DNA from: Anaerolineae bacterium
Lineage (GTDB): Bacteria > Chloroflexota > Anaerolineae > Anaerolineales > UBA11657
Length of the DNA: 53,812 nt
Reading direction: 5' to 3'
NCBI GenBank assembly: GCA_963578565.1
Contig: CAUZCX010000003.1
Span: 1 to 53,812, forward strand
The position numbers and the translations under genes are program-made. The notes under the pieces were generated by a model that searched no databases, was not told the origin of the DNA, and saw only the letters and a program-made list of their open reading frames with translations. Below are positions 9,918 through 19,550 of the stretch, piece by piece. The stretch's first letter is position 1, and each line of letters opens with the position of its first letter.

Positions 9918-9929
9918 GTCTTGCAGAAT

Positions 9930-10922
9930 TTACCATGTGTTGAGGTCATTAATAATACCCATTGAGCAAAACCGAACATAAACGTCACTAAAGCCAACCG
10001 ATAGCATACTGATCCAAGCAAACAACATATGCCTCTGGTTTAACCAGCTAACCCTCTTCCACAAATTAAATCTGATGCGTGAAACAATACTGCCAGAGAA
10101 ACAATTCGTGCTACCACCCACCAAATGTCGGCACGAATGACAACCAAATGTATACGTCGCCAGTAGTAAGGGATTGAGTAACAACACAATGGACCCAACA
10201 CCTATTCCCAAGCGCCCATAAAAAACAGCACCACCCTCCCACAATGATACAAATCCATCCCAGGACAGAATAGCGATATACCCACATGCTACATACCAAG
10301 TGAAGCGATGTAGATTCTGAAAGAGAAACAGCACTGTTTCCCCTTTGTACTGTATTGGCTTTGTGCTAATCGGACCGACAGCACACCCAGGCGGACTCAT
10401 GAAATATGAACGGTAATAAAACTTCCGATAGTAATAGCACGTCAAACGGAATGCTAAAGGACCGGCCAAGATCAACCAAGCTGGTGAAGTTGGAAAGAAT
10501 GGCGGCCAAATATAACTAATCCAGTCAGGCCATACACCAAACAAAGAATGCCCCACCGGGGCAGCGCCAACTCGCGAAATATCAACGAACAGAACGGGAG
10601 AGTACAACGGCGAAAGATATGATCCATGCCAATAATGCTCTCCCTGAAATGCAGCCCAGTTAGCATAAACCACAAAGGATAGAAATCCAAAACCGGTCCA
10701 TAAGGGTTCAAACCACCATCGATCTTTGCGCAGGGTCTGCCAGAAACCTGATACGTGACCCCCCTCTAAAGGAGAATTTATTAGACGCGGAACTGAATCC
10801 GCCGCAACTATGAGGCGGTTAGCTTGATACAGTGCGATTGCTAGAGTGACTCCGCCACCTATCACTAACATGACTATAGCAGCCACTGCTATAACTAAGG
10901 GCTGTATCTCATCCATTAGCAA
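9930..10922 (-). CDS. sdhC: Succinate dehydrogenase membrane anchor, Rv0249c-like (mycobacterial Sdh1/type F)
   Basis: Multi-TM protein with YLSPLYSP, FRLTCYYYRK, FQNLHRF, GCHSCRHLVGG and LNQRHMLFAWIS; directly upstream of sdhA. ATG 10916 is an alternative start. Confidence 0.8.
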   Translation of the reverse strand: MLMDEIQPLVIAVAAIVMLVIGGGVTLAIALYQANRLIVAADSVPRLINSPLEGGHVSGFWQTLRKDRWWFEPLWTGFGFLSFVVYANWAAFQGEHYWHGSYLSPLYSPVLFVDISRVGAAPVGHSLFGVWPDWISYIWPPFFPTSPAWLILAGPLAFRLTCYYYRKFYYRSYFMSPPGCAVGPISTKPIQYKGETVLFLFQNLHRFTWYVACGYIAILSWDGFVSLWEGGAVFYGRLGIGVGSIVLLLNPLLLATYTFGCHSCRHLVGGSTNCFSGSIVSRIRFNLWKRVSWLNQRHMLFAWISMLSVGFSDVYVRFCSMGIINDLNTW

Positions 10923-10946
10923 ATAATTGCAACAAACATGCAGAAC

Positions 10947-12245
10947 CTAACCCATCTTGGTAATGACAGCATCACCAAATCCAGAGCAGGTAAGAAGAGT
11001 AGCCCCTTCCATTAATCTGTGAAAGTCGTAGGTAACAGTCTTAGATTTGATGGCACCACTTATACCCTTAATGACCAAATCGGCGGCTTCTGTCCAGCCC
11101 ATATACCGCAGCATCATTTCACCAGAGAGCGTGACCGATCCGGGGTTCACTTTGTCCTGATTGGCATACTTGGGCGCAGTGCCATGAGTGGCCTCGAAAA
11201 TTGCTACGCCAGTGTCGTAATTAATGTTACCGCCCGGAGCGATACCTACACCGCCCACCTGCGCCGCTAGAGCGTCGGAGAGATAATCACCGTTAAGATT
11301 CATGGTGGCAATCACATCGAACTCGCTTGGGCGAGTGAGTACCTGCTGCAAGGTGATGTCTGCAATAGTGTCCTTAACCAATATCCGCCCCGCATCAACG
11401 GCTTCCTGTAGCGCATCGTTGGCCACCGATTTACCTCTCGTTGATGCAGTGCGCTCCCACTCTTCCCACGTATAGGTCTCCGCACCAAACTCGCGCTCGG
11501 CCAATTCATACCCCCAATTCCGGAACGCACCTTCAGTGAACTTCATGATGTTTCCCTTATGCACCATAGTGATACTCTTGCGACCGTTCTCAATAGCATA
11601 ACGAATGGACGCGCGCATCAGTCGCTCAGTGCCTTCACGCGAGATCGGCTTTATGCCGATGCCGCTACTCTCGGGAAAACGAATCTTTCTGTACAGCTCC
11701 GGGAAAGACTGTTTGAAAACCTGATTGAAACGGGCGGACGCTTCTGTTCCTTCCTCGAATTCGATACCGGCGTAGATATCCTCAGTATTTTCACGGAAGA
11801 TGACCATATCCACCCATTGTGGGTTCCTGACAGGAGAGGGCACCCCCTCGAACCAGCGCACCGGGCGCAGACAAACGTAAAGATCCAACAATTGCCGCAG
11901 AGCCACATTGAGAGAGCTAATGCCACCACCTACAGGCGTTGTGAGCGGACCTTTGATGCCCACGATAAACTCCTGGAAGGCCTGCACAGTCTCATCCGGC
12001 AGCCATTCTCCAAAGCGGTCGAATGCTTTCTGCCCGGCGAACACTTCCATCCAAGCGATTTTGCGTTTTCCGCCATAAGCCCGTGCCACCGCCGCATCCA
12101 GGATGCGTTGCGAGGCCTGCCATATATCCGGGCCGATACCGTCGCCCTCGATGAACGGCAGAACTGGATTGTCAGGCACTCGCAACTGGCCATCGACGAT
12201 ACCAAATGTATCCCCTTCGGGCACCACTGTGGTTGAATAGCTCAT
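10947..12245 (-). CDS. icd: NADP-dependent isocitrate dehydrogenase (E. coli type)
   Basis: [69 protein letters not shown]. Confidence 0.97.
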   Translation of the reverse strand: MSYSTTVVPEGDTFGIVDGQLRVPDNPVLPFIEGDGIGPDIWQASQRILDAAVARAYGGKRKIAWMEVFAGQKAFDRFGEWLPDETVQAFQEFIVGIKGPLTTPVGGGISSLNVALRQLLDLYVCLRPVRWFEGVPSPVRNPQWVDMVIFRENTEDIYAGIEFEEGTEASARFNQVFKQSFPELYRKIRFPESSGIGIKPISREGTERLMRASIRYAIENGRKSITMVHKGNIMKFTEGAFRNWGYELAEREFGAETYTWEEWERTASTRGKSVANDALQEAVDAGRILVKDTIADITLQQVLTRPSEFDVIATMNLNGDYLSDALAAQVGGVGIAPGGNINYDTGVAIFEATHGTAPKYANQDKVNPGSVTLSGEMMLRYMGWTEAADLVIKGISGAIKSKTVTYDFHRLMEGATLLTCSGFGDAVITKMG

Positions 12246-12299
12246 CAGTTACCCTTGTAAACCTGGATCGTTACCAGTTCATAATACGCGAGACGCCTG

Positions 12300-12995
12300 C
12301 TACGGAGCCTGGGCCAGTTTGCGCTCGATCAATTCTCGATAGACCTCGAATGATTGTGCTCCCTCAACCTTCTCTCCGTTGATGAAAAGGGTCGGGGTAG
12401 CCTTAACCCCCATCTGGGAAGCTAATTCGACATCCTCCTGTACTACCCCTCGAGAGTCCCCGTTACGCAGGCAACTACGGAATTTACCCCCGTCCAAGTT
12501 ATGCTCAGCGGCGAAGGCCAAGAGCCGACGCTCTGAATACTGGTCACTGCTCCCGGTCTGGTTGGCATACAGAATGTCATGATATGGCCAGAACGCACCC
12601 TGTGAATTGGCGCATTCAGCTGCCTCCGCCGTAAGTTGCCCCGCAGGTCGGTTAAAGGTGACGTAATAATATTCGTAACGCACATGCCCATTGTCAATGT
12701 AATTTTCTTGGATTAGGCGCGCCGCGCCCGTGGCCAATGTGCGGCAGTGTCGTCAGGTGAAATTCGAGAAATCCTGCACCAGCACCGGAGCATCTATTCG
12801 CCCAAGTGCTTTGCCATCTGAAAATGCTGGCACAGTGCTAGGAACCGCCACGATTTCCCCGACCGGTTTACTGCTCTGACGAATCACCAGCAAAGCCACA
12901 ACCACAGCTACGGCCGTAACCACCCCGATAGTGGTCAGGCGTCTCTTGCGTTTATGTTGCTGTTGGTGGGCACGCATCAGCGCGCGTTTGCTCAT
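12300..12995 (-). CDS. Membrane-anchored DsbA/BdbD-family thiol-disulfide oxidoreductase; predicted selenoprotein (U-R-H-C)
   Basis: ORFs 12753-12995 and 12300-12737 are in frame. The junction reads TTC ACC TGA CGA CAC TGC = F-T-U-R-H-C after LGRIDAPVLVQDFSN. N-terminal basic stretch plus TM; AAECANSQGAFWPYHDILY; GVKATPTLFING cis-Pro loop. 231 aa if TGA is decoded. Confidence 0.85.
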
Positions 12996-13126
12996 GACAA
13001 CATTTACCTTAGTGCTCGCCGAGATGGCCCTTCCGAAACCGGGCTACGAGCCACTATAGTATAAACCAGGAATTCCTCAAGGCAATGGTACGTGGACAGT
13101 GCCCACAGATCCAGCTGCTCACGCAG

Positions 13127-14692
13127 CTACCAAGAGACAATCTGGTACAGTAGTTGCGCTGCCTCTTCCCCGTCATCGTACAGCCATGGCCCGGCTTCCA
13201 CACGCGGTATTTCTCCGGCCGGAATGCGATCCAGCCATGATGCTGTGTTCTCCGGATGCACAAAGAGGACTCCATCGGAACCTGACAACTCTGTGCCCAC
13301 GGACAGTGAGTGCAAACCGGGAAGCTCATCTGGATACCCTGGCACCAAGAATTGAGCATAAGGGTTCCCGTCCCACACGACAGGTTCCACCCATATATCG
13401 ACGGATCCGCTCAGAGATCCGGACCGTGCCGCCAGATTGCTGCCCATCCAGCCAACGCCTAGCCGGCGGTTGATTTGCAACGCCAGCGTTGTCTCCTCCC
13501 CGTTGTAAGCCCGGAAAACATACGGCTCGCGCAAAAAATCGCGCAAAATGAAGTCGCGCGTCGTGGCGAAGACCGAGACCGCCATCAACCCACCCACCAC
13601 CATGTTCGCCACCATGTAGTTGGTAGTATGTCGCAGCCAGTGGTGTAATTGCAGCAACCCCAGCGCGGGAAAGATGAAAAGTACGGGTAGAATCCCGACC
13701 GCGCGTAAGAAATGCGGAGCACTCTTAGAAAGAAAGGTGGGCAGCAGAAACACCGCAGCCCATACCACGATGACCAGTCCGCGCCGGCGATAACGCGCAT
13801 GCACAAGGACGGCTAACCCCAAGAGGAAAGGAAGCGCCATGGCGGCATCAAAAACCGGCCGACCGGGGATGTTATGCAACGGGTTCACATCGCCGCGTAG
13901 CAAGAACATACGCAACACCAGCACTGTCTGCGTCACCAACGTCTTCGCGAAATCCGTCGGACCCTGACCAGCGTAAAACGCCGCCAGATGTTGCGGCCGA
14001 GAAAATGATTGAGTGATAAAAGCGCCCCGATAAATCCACATGGGGAAAGCCAGTAGCACGGTCACCGCTATCGTCACAGCTATTCCGCGGCCGTTATTGC
14101 GCACATATCCATTTCGATGCAGCGCAGCGCCAGCAAGAACCAGCACGATCGCAGGTAACACTAATAAGTTGACCGGATAGGTATAGTAAGAGGCCCCAAA
14201 CAGAAACCCGGCCCCAACCCACCACACGATTGCACCAGAGCGCCAAGCCCGCGCCGCACAAAAAAGCGCCAGGGCTGTAACCAACGCAAACAGCACCGAC
14301 CGCGTGCCGTAACGCCCCAGATACACCGGCCAAAGCGTACCGGCGCACAGTAATGCACTTAGCCAGCCCACCTTGCGTCCGAACATCTCACGCGCCAGCA
14401 GGCACACAGCGATAACTAGGCCAATGCTGCCCAGCACAAACGGAAGCCGCAACGCTCCGGGTGTTTTGCCCAGCACCGCGATAGAGGCCGAAACCAAATA
14501 GAAATGGATAGGCTCCCGTCCATCTTGCAGCATCAGCAGGCCAGGGTGTTCTCCGGCAAGAATGCGCACAGCCGTCAATCCGTTAACCGCTTCATCGTAT
14601 TGCAGCGCCTCTGGAGCTGCGCCTATTCCCCACAGGCGCAGCACTGCCGAGAGGGCGACAATTCCAGTCAGGGTATAGGAACGCCTTAACAT
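13127..14692 (-). CDS. GT-C fold membrane glycosyltransferase (ArnT/PMT-like)
   Basis: LRLW..QYDEAVN acidic motif after TM1, GREPIHFYL, ALRLP, GASYYTYP, many TM helices. Confidence 0.85.
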   Translation of the reverse strand: MLRRSYTLTGIVALSAVLRLWGIGAAPEALQYDEAVNGLTAVRILAGEHPGLLMLQDGREPIHFYLVSASIAVLGKTPGALRLPFVLGSIGLVIAVCLLAREMFGRKVGWLSALLCAGTLWPVYLGRYGTRSVLFALVTALALFCAARAWRSGAIVWWVGAGFLFGASYYTYPVNLLVLPAIVLVLAGAALHRNGYVRNNGRGIAVTIAVTVLLAFPMWIYRGAFITQSFSRPQHLAAFYAGQGPTDFAKTLVTQTVLVLRMFLLRGDVNPLHNIPGRPVFDAAMALPFLLGLAVLVHARYRRRGLVIVVWAAVFLLPTFLSKSAPHFLRAVGILPVLFIFPALGLLQLHHWLRHTTNYMVANMVVGGLMAVSVFATTRDFILRDFLREPYVFRAYNGEETTLALQINRRLGVGWMGSNLAARSGSLSGSVDIWVEPVVWDGNPYAQFLVPGYPDELPGLHSLSVGTELSGSDGVLFVHPENTASWLDRIPAGEIPRVEAGPWLYDDGEEAAQLLYQIVSW

Positions 14693-14725
14693 AGATGCAG
14701 AAACGATCTCCAGAATCGTGGGAAT

Positions 14726-15943
14726 CTAGCCAGCCGTCTGGCGCTCCGGACGATTATCATTCATCCTAATAAAATCGAGGATTCGAGTCGCCCGCTTCAC
14801 CCACGTGTGGGCGACCACAGCATCGCGGGAGTTCGCAACCAGACGACGCGCGAGCGCCGGGTCGGCACGCAACCTTCCAACCGCAGCTGCTATGGCGCTG
14901 GAATCATCGGGGGGCACCAGCAGAGCAGTCTCTTCATGTGCAATTATTTCCCGAAGCGCCGGCAGGTCAGAAGCGACGATTGGTCGTTCAGAGGCCATAT
15001 ATTCAAAAAGCTTCAGCGGCGATGTATAGTAGCGCGAAACCGCCGCCTTGGCGCTGTTCGGCACTACCAGCACATCGGCAGCTGCCAGATAAGTCGGTAT
15101 CTGCGTTGGAGGGACATAACCCACCAGTTTCACTCGGCCAAAGCCGGATTCCCTCACGAGCTTCTCGATGCGCGGCAACTCCTCCGGAGTACCGCCAACC
15201 AGCCAGACGCGCGCATCGTCCGGAAGGAAAGCTCCAGCTGCCACCAGAGTATCCACTCCTTTCCATTTGTACATCTGCCCCACATACATCACAATGAAAT
15301 CAGCCTGACCAATGCCCAATTCGTGACGAGCTTCTGCTTTCCCTTGCAGACCAAATGCCTCGATATCCACGGCGTCCGCGATGACCGCCACTCTGCGTGG
15401 TGGAATCGCCATTTTAACGTAGTATTGCGCTAGCAATTCGGTCAACACAATCAGGCCATCCAGCCTGGGAACCAGCCAGCGCTGCAGCACCAGCCCCACC
15501 CGACTGCTAGGAAAACTATGAGATTCATAAAACACCTTTCCCGAGCTACCCTTGCCGATCAGGATTAACAACGCGGCCGTCAGGCTGTCACGGGTGTAAT
15601 AAATGTCGGCTTTTCTCATCAGCAGTATCGGGATTAGAGCGAGATGATAAGTCAACATCTGAACAACAAAAACGATTCTGTAAGCCCCCGAGCGCCATAA
15701 CGGCAGATACGGCACGAATTGGAAAAGATCTAGAGACAGAATCGCCTGGCACGGGACATCACACGGAAGATCATAAAATGCCCGTAAATCAGTGACGCTG
15801 CGCAGCCAGGGACGATTGGCGCGCCGCGGATGGATGATGCGCACATCCACATGCGCGGCCAGTGCGGAGCACGTCTTCATGATCTGAATGGCGTGCGCTT
15901 TCTCACCCGGTATGCGGGAGTTAGTAAGGTATAGAATGTTCAT
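14726..15943 (-). CDS. Glycosyltransferase family 4 (GT-B)
   Basis: YVGQMYKWKGVD, AADVLVVP, SPLKLFEYMASERPIVASDLP. Confidence 0.92.
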   Translation of the reverse strand: MNILYLTNSRIPGEKAHAIQIMKTCSALAAHVDVRIIHPRRANRPWLRSVTDLRAFYDLPCDVPCQAILSLDLFQFVPYLPLWRSGAYRIVFVVQMLTYHLALIPILLMRKADIYYTRDSLTAALLILIGKGSSGKVFYESHSFPSSRVGLVLQRWLVPRLDGLIVLTELLAQYYVKMAIPPRRVAVIADAVDIEAFGLQGKAEARHELGIGQADFIVMYVGQMYKWKGVDTLVAAGAFLPDDARVWLVGGTPEELPRIEKLVRESGFGRVKLVGYVPPTQIPTYLAAADVLVVPNSAKAAVSRYYTSPLKLFEYMASERPIVASDLPALREIIAHEETALLVPPDDSSAIAAAVGRLRADPALARRLVANSRDAVVAHTWVKRATRILDFIRMNDNRPERQTAG

Positions 15944-15991
15944 GCAATCCGGAAAACTTAAACCGAGAACGGTTTGGGCATCAGATTAGAC

Positions 15992-16693
15992 TCACCGGAA
16001 CCTACCATCTTCCTGTACGAACACGATGTCGACATGAGCCAGAGCGCCGGGCGATCCATCTGCCGCACCAACAATATCGTACGCTACGAAACCGTAGTCT
16101 TTCATTCGTGATATCACTTCACAAAACTCCGGTGTTTCACCTCCCCTATCTAGCACAGCAACCTCCAAGATTACGACTTCAGTGTGTTCTAGCACACCTA
16201 CCGCTCCCTGCAGCGCAACCAATTCTGCCCCTTCTACATCAATCTTAATTAAGTATGGTTCGCCATAATCTCTCGACGCAATCAAGCCATCTAATGAAAC
16301 CAATGGAACCGTTCGTGTAGAAGCAACGCCCCCTCTGACATCCATGCGCACCAATGATGATTTTCGAGCATCATTGCCGATATGGAGCGAGCCTTTCCCC
16401 GCTTCTGCCCCAGCCGCAGCGATGTAATATTCACCGGTATACTGAGAGCAAATGTTTTCCAGATCGGGCTGATATTCTAATAACGGTTCGATAAGCACCA
16501 TATACGCGTGTGGGAAAACTTTATACAAATCGTGTGTTCCATCCGCTACACCCACATCAAAAACAGTGCCGGGTTTGAACCCCTTCATCTTAAGCTGCCG
16601 CAATGACTCGCCGAATGTTCTTAACGGATTATTGCTGCGAGAAACCTTGTAACCCAGATTGTAGAAAAAGGTTTTCATCAAACGTCGTATCAT
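15992..16693 (-). CDS. FkbM-family SAM-dependent methyltransferase
   Basis: VFDVGVADG, LIEP, SLDGL, LIKIDVEGAELVALQGA. Confidence 0.9.
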   Translation of the reverse strand: MIRRLMKTFFYNLGYKVSRSNNPLRTFGESLRQLKMKGFKPGTVFDVGVADGTHDLYKVFPHAYMVLIEPLLEYQPDLENICSQYTGEYYIAAAGAEAGKGSLHIGNDARKSSLVRMDVRGGVASTRTVPLVSLDGLIASRDYGEPYLIKIDVEGAELVALQGAVGVLEHTEVVILEVAVLDRGGETPEFCEVISRMKDYGFVAYDIVGAADGSPGALAHVDIVFVQEDGRFR

Positions 16694-16841
16694 GACCTGC
16701 CATCACTCCAATACTACATGATGACCAGCGATGTCTGGCCTACTATCGAAGACGGCAGCTTACATGGCTGCCAAAGGATATACATTCGACAATCCCGCAC
16801 CCCTAGTAGAAACTCCGCAGATTCCACAAATGTTTCGGAAA

Positions 16842-19550
16842 CTACTCGACGATTACCGTCTCTCTCAGAACCACCCAATCCTGAAATATCGCCAGTCCGT
16901 CAGCCGATACCACCGGCAGCCGCTCACCACCAACAGGGTCGTAGAAACCCGTGGTCAACATGTATTCTCCTGGACCTGGAGCGGTTAATTGCACGTATTC
17001 GCTCACGACCTCCCCCTCTGCCCACCACGAAGTGGGGTATTGATTCGCTCGCGGCACGGCATCAGCCTGCGACATAATCTGCCCGTCACTCCAGAGATGC
17101 ACGAAATACTTATAGTCCTTGTCAATCTCACGCTGTGCAAGCCAATATAAGGTCAGGTCAATTCTATCTCCATCCTGCGCGATATCGTAGCCCAACACAT
17201 TGATCTGACCACTGTAATCAGCGTCTAACCGGTGTTGTATCTCTGGCGAGGAAAAGACCCGCCCGCGGGCCGCAACCGTAAGCGCAGTGCTGAAATAATC
17301 CTCTGTTTGTTGCCTATCACCTGACACCATAGTAATCCATAGATTGTAATCGCCAGGTGGGATCGAGGCGCCGAGCGACAGGCGATAATGCACTGTAGTC
17401 AGCAAGCCCTCTGGAAGAGAAGTTGCGGCGTTGCCGGGCACGATTTCTGTCTCGGTTTCATAAGCCAACTCTCCGTCATCAGCTATCAATTGCCAGCGCA
17501 ATTTCACGCCATCTGCGGGGACATGCAGAATGCGCCAGGTGGCAAGCACTTCAAGAGGGGGGCCTGTCTGGAACTCATCAGGCACAACTAGGTCAACCAG
17601 ATCGAGGTCGTCCCAGCTGCCAAGCGGCTGTCCTCTCGCCCGAATCTGGATAACGCCCAACGTGCCAGCGCTATCACCAGAGGCGCGGAGCGTCTCAGCT
17701 CTGTGAACATCATTGTACATGCCAAAATGCAGAAACAGGGATGTGTCCTCCGGTAAGCTCTCGTCCACCATGAGTTCCATTCGATTCATCACATGCTCGC
17801 CGATACGCTGGTCCCCAACCGGAAGCGCTGGCATATCAACCTGGGCGTACTTCACACCGCTCGCATCAACCAGATGTGTGAATATTGTGTAGGACTCCGA
17901 CCACAGCTCATCAACGCGCCAAATCATGAAAACCGTCCACGGCTGCCCGGCCCAAGGCAAACTGAGAGAGTCCTCACGCAAGAAACCGAGCACCGTCACA
18001 CCATTTGAGAAACGCACAGGCTCAAGCGAAATCAAATCAGGTCTGAAATACACTGATTCAGGAAGTTCGATCATACGAAACCCACGCTGCACAATCTCGC
18101 CATCCGAGAACACAGTGGGCCTGCCAGCATATTCCTGTGCGCCTAGCAGAACCGCGCCATCGGCTGGAAGCGGAAGCGCGCGGTCGGACCGCACCACACG
18201 CGCATCCCGGCCTTCACGAAGCGCCTCCCAGCGCAGCCAATCATCGGATGCCAGCAGCAAAAGAGCGCGGTCAGAAGCACGAGCCCGGGCCGCAGCCACG
18301 TCAAGGGCGGCCACATGTTCATCAAGGGACACGTGCCCCAAGCCAAGATCATATCGGATGTTAAAAAGAATCTGCTTCAACGCTAGCAGAGCCAACGCAA
18401 GGCAGACGAACCACTTAAAGCCATTGCGCAGCACGCCATCCCAACGTCGACCGTCCATATCACCGTCTCGTATTTTCCGCGTCGGCAGCAGGTAACCGAC
18501 GACCACACCCTGGATGAGAAAGGCAAATCCATAACCCGACCAGATGAAATGATCCTCGTAGCGCGCGGAGAGGGCGAGCAGCATAAATGGCGGCAGAAGA
18601 TATCCGAGGGCAACTACCCCTCCGGCTACCTGGCCACGGCGGAAAATCGCGGATGCAAGCAAAGCGACCAAACCTATAATGGTGAGGACCGGCTGAACCG
18701 GTTGCGTCCAGTTCTGCTCCCAGTTCCCAAGCTGTTGATACATGCGAGTAAACATGTACAGTGTGGACTGACCTTCCGCGCCAGCGTTGACCTGCAACAT
18801 TTCGCCATCACCGACTCCGCTCACACCTACGTTGTCGACATTATCGAGGTACAAGCCGATCATCCATGGAACTGTGAGAAAAAGAGTCAGTGCTGCTCCG
18901 ATCAGTGTGTGCACCACGATGGACCTGCGGACACTGCCACTGCGCTTCCAAGCACCCACCCAGAGCACGACGGTAATAGGCGTTAACAGAAAGGTTCCGG
19001 GGTGACATTGCCCACCTAGAGTGAGCATCGGCAGATGCGCGATTCTGGCCCATTTATTTCCTTTGCAGTATCCTAGCAATCCGGTCCAAACATATGCGAG
19101 CGCAAACGGCGTCTGCAATGTGGGATTCCAGATGCCACGAGCCAAGTACACTGCCTCCGGGTGCACAGCAAAAAGAAATGCGGAAATTACTCCCGCTCGG
19201 CGCCCGAAAAAACGGCCGCCGATTGCAAAAATGAGAGCAGTGGACACGACATGGGCCATGCCGGTCATCATCCGCGCCAGCCGGGGGTCGGCCTTAATTA
19301 ACATGGGCAGCGCGTACAGATAAATCGAGACGGGCCCGTGCCACCCCCGGAAGTTGAAGTAGGGCATCGGAGGTCCCAATAGCTCTATCCTCCCATGACG
19401 GGCGACTGCGATAGCCTTCAAAGTGTGCACTGACTCATCCGTCGACAGGCGCTCCAACCCAGTATTCATCCAGCGCAGCCCGGCTGCCAGAACGAGCACC
19501 ACCACCATGGGGATGTAGCGAGCCGTAGTTCCAAGTTGCCGGTCATTCAT
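16842..19550 (-). CDS. Large GT-C (ArnT/PMT-like) glycosyltransferase with repeated C-terminal extracytoplasmic beta domains
   Basis: LRW..STDES, LLGPP..HGP, multi-TM N-half; C-terminal repeats YTIFTHLVD..AQVD and GYD..LTLYW..DYKYFVHL..YPTSWW..GEVVSE..GFYDP..GERL. Start ATG 19550 overlaps the upstream stop. Confidence 0.8.
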   Translation of the reverse strand: MNDRQLGTTARYIPMVVVLVLAAGLRWMNTGLERLSTDESVHTLKAIAVARHGRIELLGPPMPYFNFRGWHGPVSIYLYALPMLIKADPRLARMMTGMAHVVSTALIFAIGGRFFGRRAGVISAFLFAVHPEAVYLARGIWNPTLQTPFALAYVWTGLLGYCKGNKWARIAHLPMLTLGGQCHPGTFLLTPITVVLWVGAWKRSGSVRRSIVVHTLIGAALTLFLTVPWMIGLYLDNVDNVGVSGVGDGEMLQVNAGAEGQSTLYMFTRMYQQLGNWEQNWTQPVQPVLTIIGLVALLASAIFRRGQVAGGVVALGYLLPPFMLLALSARYEDHFIWSGYGFAFLIQGVVVGYLLPTRKIRDGDMDGRRWDGVLRNGFKWFVCLALALLALKQILFNIRYDLGLGHVSLDEHVAALDVAAARARASDRALLLLASDDWLRWEALREGRDARVVRSDRALPLPADGAVLLGAQEYAGRPTVFSDGEIVQRGFRMIELPESVYFRPDLISLEPVRFSNGVTVLGFLREDSLSLPWAGQPWTVFMIWRVDELWSESYTIFTHLVDASGVKYAQVDMPALPVGDQRIGEHVMNRMELMVDESLPEDTSLFLHFGMYNDVHRAETLRASGDSAGTLGVIQIRARGQPLGSWDDLDLVDLVVPDEFQTGPPLEVLATWRILHVPADGVKLRWQLIADDGELAYETETEIVPGNAATSLPEGLLTTVHYRLSLGASIPPGDYNLWITMVSGDRQQTEDYFSTALTVAARGRVFSSPEIQHRLDADYSGQINVLGYDIAQDGDRIDLTLYWLAQREIDKDYKYFVHLWSDGQIMSQADAVPRANQYPTSWWAEGEVVSEYVQLTAPGPGEYMLTTGFYDPVGGERLPVVSADGLAIFQDWVVLRETVIVE

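Noticed and set aside
11559-12236. 225-aa ORF antisense to icd and many other overlapping ORFs in the track
   Set aside because: Shadow frames of well-supported genes in GC-rich DNA, with no motifs
12753-12995. Independent 80-aa membrane peptide plus a separate 145-aa protein
   Set aside because: Better explained as one DsbA-like gene with a recoded TGA
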